Assembly: GCA_002269645.1 (NCBI GenBank)
Contig: NIVC01002868.1
Coordinates: forward strand, 62,001 to 126,000
Direction: 5' to 3'
Origin: Macrostomum lignano
Lineage: Eukaryota
DNA: 64,000 nucleotides
Shown one piece after another: positions 1 to 12,800 of this stretch. The translations under genes were made by a program, and so were the position numbers. Position 1 is the first letter of the stretch; each line of letters starts with the position of its first letter. Under the pieces are notes generated by a model. The model did not search any database, was not told where the DNA came from, and worked only from the letters and a program-made list of their open reading frames with translations.

Positions 1-870
1 GTCATGTAAACAATCATAGAAGCGTCATGTAAAAATCATAGAAGCGTCATGTAAACAATCATAGAAGCGCCATGTAAAAAATCATAGAAGCGTCATGTAA
101 ACAATCATAGAAGCGTCATTTAAAAATCATAGAAGCGTCATATAAAAATCATAGATGCGTCATTTAAAAAATCGTAGAAGCGTCATGTAAACAATCATAG
201 AAGCGTCATGTAAAAAATCATAGAAGCGTCATATAAAAATCATAGAAGCGTCATGTAAACAATCATAGAAGCGTCATGTAAACAATCATAGAAGCGTCAT
301 GTAAAAAATCGTAGAAGCGTCATGTAAAAAATCTTAGAAGCGTCATGTAAACAATCATAGAAGCGTCATGTAAACAATCATAGAAGCGTCATGTAAACAA
401 TCATAGAAGCGTCATGTAAACAATCATAGAAGCGTCATGTAAACAATCATAGAAGCGTCATGTAAACAATCATAGAAGAGTCATGTAAACAATCACAGAA
501 GCGTCATGTAAAAAATCATAGAAGCGTCATTAAAAAATCATAGAAGCGCCATTTAAAAAATCATAGAAGCGTCATATAAAAATCGTAGAAGCGTCATGTA
601 AACAATCATAGAAGCGTCATGTAAAAATCATAGAAGCGTCATGTAAACAATCATAGAAGCGCCATGTAAAAAATCATAGAAGCGTCATGTAAACAATCAT
701 AGAAGCGTCATGTAAAAATCATAAAAGCGTCATGTAAAAAATCATAAAAGCGTCATGTAAAAAATCATAGAAGCGTCATATGAAAATCATAGTAGCGTCA
801 TGTAAAAATCATAGAGGCGTCATGTAAAAATCATTGAAGCGTCCTGCAGAAATCGTAGAAGCGTCATGAA
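1..870. repeat. 23-bp tandem satellite (GTCATGTAAACAATCATAGAAGC) inside Helitron A
   Basis: Directly visible tandem units of 22-23 bp that decay after ~840. Confidence 0.97.
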
Positions 871-1758
871 ATAATCATAGGAGCCTCATTTAAAACTAAT
901 GAAAGTGTCATTTAAAAAATTAAGAAGCATCATGGTAGAATAAATGAAGCGTCATGTCAGACATGAAGGGTGTCATGTAAAAATTAAATGCAGCTATAAT
1001 GCTGTGCTGGGGAGAAAAACTGAGACGTAAAGGCTCACAGAGAATAACTGAGATTACGGGGGGGGTTTCTGAGATGTCAAAGCAAAAGTCAGAAGCTACT
1101 TCAAAGTTCATGTACTTTACTCAATTTTTTTATTGCATTATTTGTTGGCTCGACACGGGGGGCGCTGATAGAAGAAGAGTCATGTAAAAAATAAAAGTAG
1201 CACTATGTATACATAAAATAAAAGTCATGTCAAAGTTAAAAGATTTATTTGGGAATCGCAACGATGTCAAAGCTTGGTGGAAATCGTTATAGTGCTGTGA
1301 TTCTTAAAGAAGGAATCACTAAAATGTCAAGGCTTAGGGGAGAAGAATTGCTGAGATTTCAAGGCTTTAGGTTGGGTTAAAGTTAGGTTTAGGTCAGGTG
1401 TGGGTCGAGGGTTAGATTTTAGCGGGTTTCAAGGTTAACAGGGGATTTTTTAGATTTCAAGGTTTATGGGGGCCATCGCTGAGATGTCAAGGCTCACGGG
1501 GGTATAAATAAGATATCAAGGCTAAAGTCAGAAGCTACATGTAGTTTATTGAAAACTTTTTATTACATTATTTGATGCCTCCTCAGGGGAGGGATCGCTG
1601 ATAAAAAAAGCGTAATGTAAAAAATAAAAGAAGCTTCATGTCGAAGTTAAGATATTCATTTGGGAATCCCTACGAAGTCGAGGCTTACAGGGATTCGCTA
1701 TAATGCTGTAGTAGTGCTATAATGACTCTTAGAGAGAATTACTGAAATTTCAATGCTT

Positions 1759-1812
1759 TAGGGTTGGGTTAGGGTTAGTGTTAGGGTTAGGGTTAGGCTA
1801 GCGTTAGGGTTA
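1759..1812 (+). repeat. Interstitial degenerate (TTAGGG)n tract inside Helitron A
   Basis: TTAGGGTTGGGTTAGGGTTAGTGTTAGGGTTAGGGTTAGG; reverse copy at ~6171-6230. Confidence 0.85.
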
Positions 1813-2357
1813 GAAGGTTGACAGATATTTTTAGATTTCCAAGGCTTATTGGGGGCATTGCTGAGATGTCAAGGGGGGAAGTTGATATGTTAAAGCTTGT
1901 GGGGGGGGATTACTGACATGTCAAGGCTTACAAGGTTTGACAGGAGGTTTTTTAAGATTTCAAGGATACATGTAGCTTATTAAAAAAACGTGTATTGCAT
2001 TTCTTTGGCTCCCCGACGGGGGGCGTAGATTGCTAGTTGAATACTAAAATTTAAAATAGTTCACAAATTTCAATCAGTATTTGCCGGAAGGCTGGTGAAG
2101 CGCTATCTACCGCATACTGGATACTGTACGCAGGCGCGCACTCAAACGCGCTCTCACTCAGGGTGGTTCGGCGGCCCCGACTTTCTAATCGTAAGGCAAG
2201 TGCACTCTCTGTGCCTTGGGGGTTGGCCCTCGTAGGTGCGTATGAACGCCAAATTTCAGAATGTGAGATCGACTGCAGTCGACATGTCGAAGGAGACGCA
2301 CTTGTGTTGGTCTCACCAGAGTAGCGGTGCACTTTATGTCTCTTTTTTCCCTTCTAG

Positions 2358-2587
2358 ATAGCAAGCATTTCACTCTGGCTGACCGAGACTACGAGAACCT
2401 GACCTCTACCAGCGGCCCCTTCTACCGCACCGAGCAGTCCGTCAGGAGTTTGATTGAGTGTGTATATCGCTGCGAAGCTGACTGCCAGGCCGTGCTGTTC
2501 CACCTGGACGCCTGCCACCTGCTGAGATTTCCCGTTCTGCCGCACGAGCTGAAGAACGTCGCTGGGATGTTCGTCACCCGCGTGTGA
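2358..2587 (+). CDS. Terminal exon encoding a PAN/apple-like Cys module; paralogue of exon 58408-58637 (upstream exon not in window)
   Basis: Pyrimidine tract + TAG acceptor at 2357, phase 1. Reads ..SKHFTLADRDY..ECVYRCEADCQAVLFHLDACHLL..TRV*, highly similar to 58408-58637. Confidence 0.6.
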
Positions 2588-5500
2588 GGGACCGCCTGAT
2601 TCGGAGCAAGGAGTCTCGGTTGCTGAACTTTCTAAATTCTAAAACCTTCTGGTTGCTGCAACTCTAACCGCAGTTAATATATACTCAAGATATGTTACCT
2701 GAGTTCAAATAAAATGACAATATTCACTGCCGAATGGAAAGAATTTTATCGGCTTCTGAGCAGAGATACTAAAATAGTAGTAGCAAGCAAACCATATACT
2801 GCTGCCTCACTATCGACTCATGCATTATCAGGCATCATGCAGATTAACAACAACAAATATGATTCAAAAGAATACTCAATTTACTCATCGAGCTTCTGTG
2901 TCAGCTCTTGCAACTCTCAATAATATTCACGCCAATTTCTCCGCATTGGATTACTTTTTGGTTGCGGAAAAAATTAAGACTTTTAATTATACTCAGAAAT
3001 ATTACTGGCATGTGCAGCAGCAACCACAACAGCTTCTGGTAGGTGACGCCTGGTGACGTCTTAGGTGTTTCCAATGTTTAAACGCGTTGAAACCTGTAGC
3101 TAGCAACAGAATTTATTTACTTCGTATTTACTTCGTACTTACTTCGTATTTACTACGTATTTTTTGTTTTATTAGAGGCAGGGGGGTTGTGTGCACCCTG
3201 GCGCACTTTAAGCGACATAGGCACACAACCGGAGAGATGCATTACTGCCCATTCCGCCGACTCCCCTGAGCAGGCATACAAGCGCGCGGATACGTACGCA
3301 GGCACACACTCACACAGGAGCGTACAGCGGAGCCTAGGTGAAGGCCAATAACCAACGAAGTCAAAGCTGATGCGGAGATGTGGTCGCAGGGGCTACTCAA
3401 GTACTCGTAGAAGGATGGGAAACCTCGTATACATGTAGCTTCATTGATATTCATAGAGTTTTTCGTAAGAAAATTATAGGCTTCCACGTTATTTTTACGT
3501 ACAGTCATGGCCACGGGAAGGAAACACATTTGATTAGTTCGCTCCACCCACCCCCACCGAGACGCGACCCCCTGTTGTGTCACCCTATTACCCCTCATTA
3601 TCGTCTCTACTGTGCTCAGATTTAAAGCTTAAACGGTAAAGCACATTAAATAGTTGTTATTTAGCAACTAATTGAACTCGTTTTCAGCAATAACTGCTCT
3701 ATTATTCACTTCTACTAATGAATTCTGGTTCTCGTCGTCGAGCCACCCCTAGAGCGCAGAATGTACACCTTCTGGTGCTTTTTGATTCAGACGGTTTACT
3801 TGACATTTTCAAGAGGGAAAAATCTGGGGAAGTTCATCTAAGCAACGTCTGACTATCAATTATCAAAACGTTGCTGGTAAGTTTGCTTGTACAAATTGCC
3901 TTCGACACACATCGTGTTAATATATTTACATGCTTTTCTAGTTTTTTTTTCCTTACTTAACAATAGAAAGCCTTTCCCTCGGGATTCCCGCGGGTGCACC
4001 CGCGAAATTAGAGCCTTCCCGTGGTCGGTACTGTGCATTTTCATATCTAAATATCATAACTATGCATGGCACAGCTCAACTCATGGTCTTGATGGGTTTC
4101 GACCTTTCGGTCCCCTTGTGAGGAAGCCTTCGGGCCTCAGGTCTCAGAAATAAATCAATTAGAGTCCTGGCCCCCACTCCTGTCAGATGGTCAGCCCCAT
4201 GGTAGCTTGATCGTGTGGCGAGCAGTCTAGGTCCTATAGCTAAGAGAGGGACAGCGAGAGACAAGCAGGGAGAATTTTGAAGGTAGAAATTAGCAGACTA
4301 AGCTAACTCGCTGCCACCAGCCCGTGCGTCCTGGCTCACCACACCGGGACTCTCGAAATCGGGCTTCCGACTAGAAGGGGCTTTGCACTTACCTGCCAAC
4401 TAGTGTCTTTTTGCTGTCTATCTCGAAGTCATAGCCGATGATAAGGGACACTGCTGGGACTAGATCGCATTGGCCATGCAGGTACAGAGGGGACTTGTGC
4501 AGGGGATTCTTGCAGTGGCGAGACTATGGGGTAGCTACATGTACTATTACATTGCTAAATACGAAGAATTGTACTTTTGGCCTTCAACGCGCCAACTAGC
4601 CTCTCATAGCGCTGATGATAGGCTAACTCGAACATCAGAGACCGCATGATTCATTACCCGAGCCGCTTGGCGAACCTAGAGTGCACAAAGTACATCTCTG
4701 GCGCCGATTCTGCACTTCTGGCAGTTTTGCTCACTGATTTGATAGATTGGTCGACTGAGAACTGCCTTGCCATTGGTCCACTGTGACCGGCGCCTACTAG
4801 CTTAGCTACTCATCTGAGCCATCGGCGAACAAAGAAATAAAACCGATAAAAATAACTCAGATTTAACTTTCTCCTTAAATCACTTCACACTTCAGATTGA
4901 ATTGGAGCTTCAGACTACTAGCAGTATTATTGAATGATTTATGCCTCAGTAACAGCACTACTGAACAAAATGAGCAAAAGTGTGCGCCTAATCCAGCTAC
5001 TGAAACAGGGGACAGATAGGGGATCACCCAATCAAGCAAGTCTCGGCAGCCTCTCACCCAACCAATCAGAAACTCAACAGCCGGAGACCAGGTAATCCAC
5101 AGTGACCGAATCGGCTTAGTGTCGCAGCTGTAGGCCCGGGATGATGCTGATGTCACAATCTTTGCTGATAGCTAGCAGGTGATTATCTTAACTTTGATGT
5201 TCACTGCTGATGACCGGGGGGATTCGTCCTTGATGATGGTGGGGGGAGTTGCAATCCGGGGATCAGGAAACGACGGTCAGAGAGAGCAAGTTCCTGGTCG
5301 GTCTCCAGAAAGGGTTTGCAGGGGTAGAACCGGTACCAGGGTAACCGCAGGTTGAAGTCCGAGCGGGCCAAAAACACCGCTTTAAATAGCCGCCAACTGG
5401 ACCGCAGTTTGTTATAATGGAACACGTCGATTCTGATTGGCTGAGCTTGTTGCCACCCAGAATCACGTGACCGGGAGATCCTATTAGTTCCCTCGGGGTC

Positions 5501-6669
5501 GTAAAAACAAGACAGGTGCGGCCATAAATCACTCAAAATCGCATCAAAATGATTTATGACTTTTCGCGTAGAATTGACAAAAATGAATGAAAAAATATAC
5601 ATTAGAAAGCTCTTATTAAATAGAAATTTAAGATAATGAAGAGAAATCGCTAATCGCTAATCCCAAAGTACTTTTAGGGGTAAAACGCATAGCTGTCAAA
5701 GCTGTCACACGCTTGAGTGATCACGAACAATAGGCTCTGACCTCATAAATCTTGATGGCCTGTCAAAATGATGAGAAAAAAGCTACCGCCCGCATCCCCT
5801 TAGACCATCTGGCGCCCGCCTCAACACGGAGTGAGGCGCAGGTGGCTGTCAGACCAGCTTCGAAAGCGATGATTTATGACCCAAAAAGCTACGCCTATGT
5901 TAATTTGACTACTAGTATGACCAAAAATTATATCTAGTATAGATTCTACTAGCAATCTACGCCCCCCGTTGGGGAGCCAAAGAAATGCAATACACGTTTT
6001 TTAATAAGCTACATATTTCCTTGAAATCTTAAAAAATCTCCTGTCAAACCTTGTAAGCCTTGACATGTCAATAACTCCCCCCCACAAGCTTTAACATATC
6101 AACTTCCCCCATTGACATCTCAGCAATGCCCCCAATAAGCCTTGGAAATCTAAAAATATCTGTCAACCTTCTAACCCTAACCCTAGCCTAACCCTAACCC
6201 TAGCCTAACCCTAACCCTAACCTAACCCTAAAGCATTGAAATTTCAGTAATTCTCTCTGAGAGTCATTATAGCACTACTACAGCATTATAGCGATTCCCT
6301 GCAAGCCTCGACATCGTAGGGATTCCCAAATGAATCTCTTAACTTCGACATGAAGCTTCTTTTATTTTTTACATTACGCTTTTTTATCAGCGCCCCCCCC
6401 CGTGGCGAGCCAACAAAGAATGCAATAAAAAATTGAGTAAAGTACATGAACTTTGAAATAGCCTCTGACTATTGCTTTGACATCTCAGAAACCCCCCCCC
6501 GTAATCTAAGTTATTCTCTGAGAGCCTTGACATCTCAGTAATTCTCCCCAGCACAGCATTAAAGCTTCATTTAATTTTTACATGACACCCTTCATGTCTG
6601 ACATGACGCTTCTTTTATTCTACCATGATGCTTCTTAATATTTTAAATGACACTTTCATTACTTTTTAA

Positions 6670-8650
6670 ATGAGGCTTCTATGATTTTTTCATGACGCTT
6701 CTATGATTTTTACATGACGCTTCTATGATTTCTTACATGACGCTTCTACGATTTTTAAGATGACGCTTCGATGATTTTTCACATGACGCTTCTATGATTG
6801 TTTACATGACGCTTCTATGATTTTTTCATGACACTTCTATGATTTTTTAAATGACGCTTCTATGATTGTTTACATGACGCTTCTATGATTGTTTACATGA
6901 CGCTTCTATGATTGTTTACATGACGCTTCTATGATTGTTTACATGACGCTTCTATGATTTTTTACATGACGCTTCTATGATTGTTTACATGACGCTTCTA
7001 TGATTTTTTAAATGACGCTTCTATGATTGTTTACATGGCGCTTCTATGATTGTTTACATGACGCTTCTATGATTTTTTAAATTACGCTTCTATGATTGTT
7101 TACATGACGCTTCTATGATTGTTTACATGACGCTTCTATGATTGTTTACATGACGCTTCTATGATTTTTTACATGACGCTTCTATGATTTTTTACATGAC
7201 GCTTCTATGATTGTTTACATGACGCTTCTATGATTGTTTACATGACGCTTCTATGATTTTTTACATGACGCTTCTATGATTGTTTACATGACGCTTCTAT
7301 GATTTTTTAAATGACGCTTCTATGATTGTTTACATGGCGCTTCTATGATTGTTTACATGACGCTTCTATGATTTTTTAAATGACGCTTTTATGATTTTTT
7401 CATGACGCTGCTACGATTTTTTACATGACGCTTCTATGATTGTTTAAATGACGCTTCTATGATTGTTTACATGACGCTTCTATGATTGTTTACATGACGC
7501 TTCTATGATTGTTTACATGACGCTTCTATGATTGTTTACATGACGCTTCTATGATTGTTTACATGACGCTTCTATGATTTTTTACATGACGCTTCTATGA
7601 TTGTTTACATGACGCTTCTATGATTTTTTAAATGACGCTTCTATGATTGTTTACATGGCGCTTCTATGATTGTTTACATGACGCTTCTATGATTTTTTAA
7701 ATTACGCTTCTATGATTGTTTACATGACGCTTCTATGATTGTTTACATGACGCTTCTATGATTGTTTACATGACGCTTCTATGATTTTTTAAATTACGCT
7801 TCTATGATTGTTTACATGACGCTTCTATGATTCTTTACATGACGCTTCTATGATTGTTTACATGACGCTTCTATGATTTTTTACATGACGCTTCTATGAT
7901 TGTTTACATGACGCTTCTATGATTTTTTCATGACGCTTTTATGATTTTTACATAACGCTTTTATGATTGTTTACATGACGCTTCTATGATTTTTTTAAAT
8001 GACGCTTCTCTGATTGTTTACATGACGCTTCTATGATATTTTACATGAAGCTTCTACGATTTTTTACATGACGCTTCTATGATTGTTTACATGACGCTCC
8101 TATGATTTTTTAAATGACGCTTCTATGATTTTTTACATGACGCTTCTATGATTGTTTACATGACGCTCCTATGATTTTTTAAATGACGCTTCTATGATTT
8201 TTTACATGACGCTTCTATGATTGTTTACATGACGCTTCTATGATTGTTTACATGACGCTTCTATGATTGTTTACATGACGCTCCTATGATTTTTTACATG
8301 ACGCTTCTATGATTGTTTACATGACGCTTCTATGATTTTTTACATGACGCTTCTATGATTGTTTACATGACGCTTCTATGATTGTTTACATGACGCTTCT
8401 ATAATTGTTTACATGACGCTTGTATGATTTCTATATGACGCTTCTATGATTGTTTACATGACGCTTCTATGATTGTTTACATGACGCTTCTATGATTGTT
8501 TACATGACGCTTCTATGATTTTTTAAATGACGCTTCTACGATTTTTATATGACGCTTCTACGATTTTTTACATGACGCTTTTATGATTTTTTACATGACG
8601 CTCCTATGATTTTTTACATGACGCTTCTATGATTTTTACATGACGCTTCT
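6670..8650. repeat. 23-bp satellite of family A (reverse orientation, ATGACGCTTCTATGATTGTTTAC)
   Basis: Continuous tandem units; reverse complement of 1-870. Confidence 0.97.
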
Positions 8651-8718
8651 AATTTTTAAAAAGTCTTTTAGTTTTCTTGACGTTGAAAAGCTTTAATTAA
8701 AAAAATTATACTCTATGA

Positions 8719-8773
8719 AAATTCGAACCATCGTCGCTGCATTTAGCAGTTCAGTTTGTTCACCTCTAGGCTA
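8719..8773 (-). promoter_or_regulatory. tRNA-like Pol III A-box/B-box pair in Helitron 5' module
   Basis: Minus strand TAGCCTAGAGG (8773-8763), 33 nt, GGTTCGAATTT (8729-8719), then T runs. Confidence 0.5.
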
Positions 8774-9227
8774 GCTCTCATCGTTTTGATAACATCAAAT
8801 TTTGCACTTATATAATTCAACACTTTAAAATCCAAGCATAGAGTAAATCACACGAAGCAGTTATGACATAATCAGTTTCTCAGTCAGTCAGTATCAGTTA
8901 ACAATATGGTTACGCAATTTAAATCAAGTCTGGTGCTACGCTTCCACACTGCATTTTCAATTCAAGTCGGAGTTACAATTCAGTTATGATGCAATCTATT
9001 TCAGAATTAGAATTCAACCAGTCAGTTTTTTCTCTAGCATTCTTACAATGCATTTCAAGTCAAAAAGTTTGCTTGACCTTTGCAAAAAAGCATGTTTTTC
9101 GAATATTTAATGCCTTTAGCATCGAGCAATTTCTTAGCCACGATGCATGTACAGTCACGGGAAAATTTCTAATCGAACAGTGCAAGTTCGAACAAAATCG
9201 GTCCAGCCATTTTTTCTCTAATCGATC

Positions 9228-9229
9228 AC

Positions 9230-9266
<37 letters not shown>
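9228..9266. repeat. (TAGA)n microsatellite near Helitron 5' end
   Basis: Direct reading. Confidence 0.95.
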
Positions 9267-9439
9267 CACAGACAGACCATTTTTAGTATATAGGACTAGC
9301 AATCTTTGCCCCCCGATGGGGGACATCTGGATAGAACTTCTGTTCTCTACAAGTAAAAAAAAACCGCCAAATAGAGTCTTCACAAAGACAACAGAAAAAC
9401 TGCTCAAATGAAGCGCAATGCAAAAAGAAAACATCCCAC

Positions 9440-9725
9440 GACAGCAAGCATCCCCCCTCCTCCCAGATAGCAAGCATCCCCCGATAGCAAGCACCCCCAG
9501 ATAGCAAGCACCCCCAGATAGCAAGCACCCCCAGATAGCAAGCACCCCCAGATAGCAAGCACCCCCAGATAGCAAGCACCCCCAGATAGCAAGCACTCCC
9601 AGATAGCAAGCACCCCCAGATAGCAAGCACCCCCAGATAGCAAGCATCCCTCAGATAGCAAGCACCCCAGATAGAAAGAACCCCCAGATAGCAAGTATCT
9701 ATCCTTAAATAGCAAGCATCCACCA
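9440..9725. repeat. 17-bp minisatellite (CCCCCAGATAGCAAGCA) in Helitron B 3' part
   Basis: Tandem units; the homologous 17-18 bp array lies at 56330-56765. Confidence 0.95.
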
Positions 9726-9829
9726 GACAAAAAGTATATAGTGCAACATTTCCTTTTAGCTTTCTAGGGCTCCTTTATGATTGGCATGACGCTTCTTATT
9801 ACGTTTGAAAATGTCTCTCCTGTGTTTGA

Positions 9830-12800
9830 AATGGTGGCTATTTTATGTTTGAATTGGTGGCTTTTTAATGTCTGGCATGGTGACTCTTTAATGTTCTACA
9901 TGGTGGCTCTTTAATGTTTGACATCGTGCCAGTTTTATGTTTGTCATGGTGGCTCCTTAATGTTAGAAACGGTGGCTCTTTAATGTTTGACATGGAGTCA
10001 CATATATGTTTCACATGGTGGCTCTTCTATGTCTAACTTAGTAGCTCTTTTATGTTTGACATCGTGGCTCGTTAATGTTCGACATGGTGGCTCTTTAACG
10101 TTCGACATGGTGGCTCTTTAATGTTCGACATGCTGGCTCTTTAATGTTTGACATGGTGGCTCTTTAATGTTCAACATGGTGGCTCTTTATTGTTTGAAAT
10201 GGTGGCTCTTTAATGTTCAACATGGTGGCTCTTTATTGTTTGACATGGTGGCTTTTTAATGTTTGACATGGTGTCTCTTTATTGCTCGACATTGTGGCTC
10301 TTTATTGTTCTACATTGTGGCTCTTTAATTTTCTACATTGTTGCTCTTTAACGTTTGACATGGTGGCTCTTTAATGTTCTACATGGTGGTTCTTTAATGT
10401 TTTACATTGTGGCTCTTTAATGTTCTACATTGTGATCTTTAATATTTGACATTGTGGCTCTTTATGTTCTACATTGTGGCTCTTTAATGTTCGACATGGT
10501 GGCTCTTAAATGTTCAACATGGTGGCTCTTTATTGTTTGACATAATGGCTTTTTAATGTTCGACATGGTGGCTCTTTACTGTTAGAAATGGTGGCTCTTT
10601 AATGTTAGACATTGTGGCTCTTTAATGTTCTACATGGTGGCTCTTTAATGCTCTACATGGTGGCTCTTTAATGCTTGAAATGGTGGCTCTTTAATTTTCG
10701 ACATGGTGGCTCCTTTATGTTTAACATGGTGCTCTTAAATGTTCGACATCGTGGCTCTTTAATGTTTGACATGGTGGCTCTTTAGTGTTTAACATGGAGT
10801 CACGTATGTGTTTGACATGGAGTCACGTATATATTTGGCATGGAGTCACGTATATGCTTTACATTGTGGCTCTTTTATGTTTGACATAGTGGCTCTTTAA
10901 TGTTTGACATGGTGGCTCTTTTATGTTTGACATGATGGCTCTTTAATGTTCGACATGGTGGCTGTTTAATGTTTGTTATGTGGTCATATGTATATGTTTT
11001 ACATGGTGGCTCTTTTATGTGTGACATGGAGTCACGTATATATTTGACATGGATTCACATATATCTTTGACATGGTGGCTCTTTAGTGTTCGATATGGTG
11101 GCTCTTTAATGTTTGACATGGTGGCTCTTTTATGTTTGACATAGTGGCTCTTTAATGTTTGACATGGTGGCTCTTTTATGTTTGACATGATGGCTCCCTA
11201 ATGTTCGACATGGTGGCTGTAAATTGTTTGTTATGTAGTCATATGTATATGTTTTACATGGTGGCTCTTTATGTGTGACATGGAGTCACATATATATTTG
11301 ACATGGAGTCACATATATGTTTGACATGGTGGCTCTTTTATGTTTGACATAGTGGCTCTTTAATGTTTGACATGGTGGCTCTTTTATGTTTGACATGATG
11401 GCTCCCTAATGTTCGACATGGTGGCTGTAAATTGTTTGTTATGTAGTCATATGTATATGTTTTACATGGTGGCTCTTTATGTGTGACATGGAGTCACATA
11501 TATATTTGACATGGAGTCACATATATGTTTGACATGGTGGCTCTTTAGTGTTCGATATGGTGGCTCTTTAATGTTTGACATGGTGGCTTTTAATGTTCGA
11601 CATGGTGGCTCTTTAATGTTAGACAGTGAGTCACGTATATGTTTGACATGGTGGCTCTTTAATGTTTGACATGGTGGCTCTTTAGTGTTTGACATGGCTC
11701 TTAAATGTTTGACATGGTGGCTCTTTAATGTTTGACATGGTGGCTCTTTAGTGTTTGACATGGCTCTTTAATGTTTGACATGGTGGCTCTTTAATGTTTG
11801 ACATGGTGGCTCTTTAATGTTTGACATGGTGGCTCTTTAATGTTCGACATGGTGGCTCTTTAATGTTCGAAATTGTGCCTCTTTAATGTTAGACATGGTG
11901 GCTCTTTAATGTTCTACATGGTGGCTCTTTAATGCTCTACATTGTGGCTCTTTAATGCTCTACATGGTGGCTCTTTAATGTTCTACATGGTGGCTCTTTA
12001 ATGCTTGACATTGTGGCTCTTTAATGTTCTACTTATTGTGGCTCTTTAATCTTCGACATGGTGGCTCTTTAATGTTCGATATGGTGGCTCTTTATTGTTT
12101 GACATGATGGCTCTTTAATGTTTGACATTGTGGCTCTTTTATGTTCTACATATTGTGGCTCTTTAATGTTCGACATGGTGGCTCTTTATGTTCTACATTG
12201 TGGCTCTTTATTGTTTGACATGATGGCTTTTTAATGTTCTACATTGTGGCTCTTTAATGTTTGACATTGTGGCTCTTTAATGCTCTACATGGGGGCTCTT
12301 TAATGCTTGACATGGTGGCTCTTTTATGTTTGACATAATGGCTTTTTAATGTTCGACATGGTGGCTCTTTACTGTTAGAAATGGTGGCTCTTTAATGTTA
12401 GACATGGTGGCTCTTTAATGTTCTACATGGTGGCTCTTTAATGCTCTACATGGTGGCTCTTTAATGCTTGAAATGGTGGCTCTTTAATTTTCGACATGGT
12501 GGCTCCTTTATGTTTAACATGGTGCTCTTAAATGTTCGACATCGTGGCTCTTTAATGTTTGACATGGTGGCTCTTTAGTGTTTAACATGGAGTCACGTAT
12601 GTGTTTGACATGGAGTCACGTATATATTTGGCATGGAGTCACGTATATGCTTTACATTGTGGCTCTTTTATGTTTGACATAGTGGCTCTTTAATGTTTGA
12701 CATGGTGGCTCTTTAATGTTTGACATGGTGGCTCTTTTATGTTTGACATGATGGCTCTTTAATGTTCGACATGGTGGCTGTTTAATGTTTGTTATGTGGT

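Larger units (their letters stand above)
1..2036 (+). mobile_element. Non-autonomous Helitron-like element, family A (5' part outside window)
   Basis: Ends in hairpin GCTCCCC-GAC-GGGGGGC (2008-2024), 8 nt, then CTAG (2033-2036) followed by T. It is the reverse complement of the copies starting at 5949 and 29849. Confidence 0.8.
5949..9295 (-). mobile_element. Non-autonomous Helitron-like element, family A (complete)
   Basis: Minus strand starts TCCTATATACTAAAAATGG at 9295 and ends in a hairpin + CTAG at 5952-5949, followed by T. Confidence 0.85.

Noticed and set aside
8719-8773. Functional tRNA genes
   Set aside because: A/B boxes are present, but I could not fold a complete acceptor stem and cloverleaf in any copy, so they are reported only as tRNA-like promoters.
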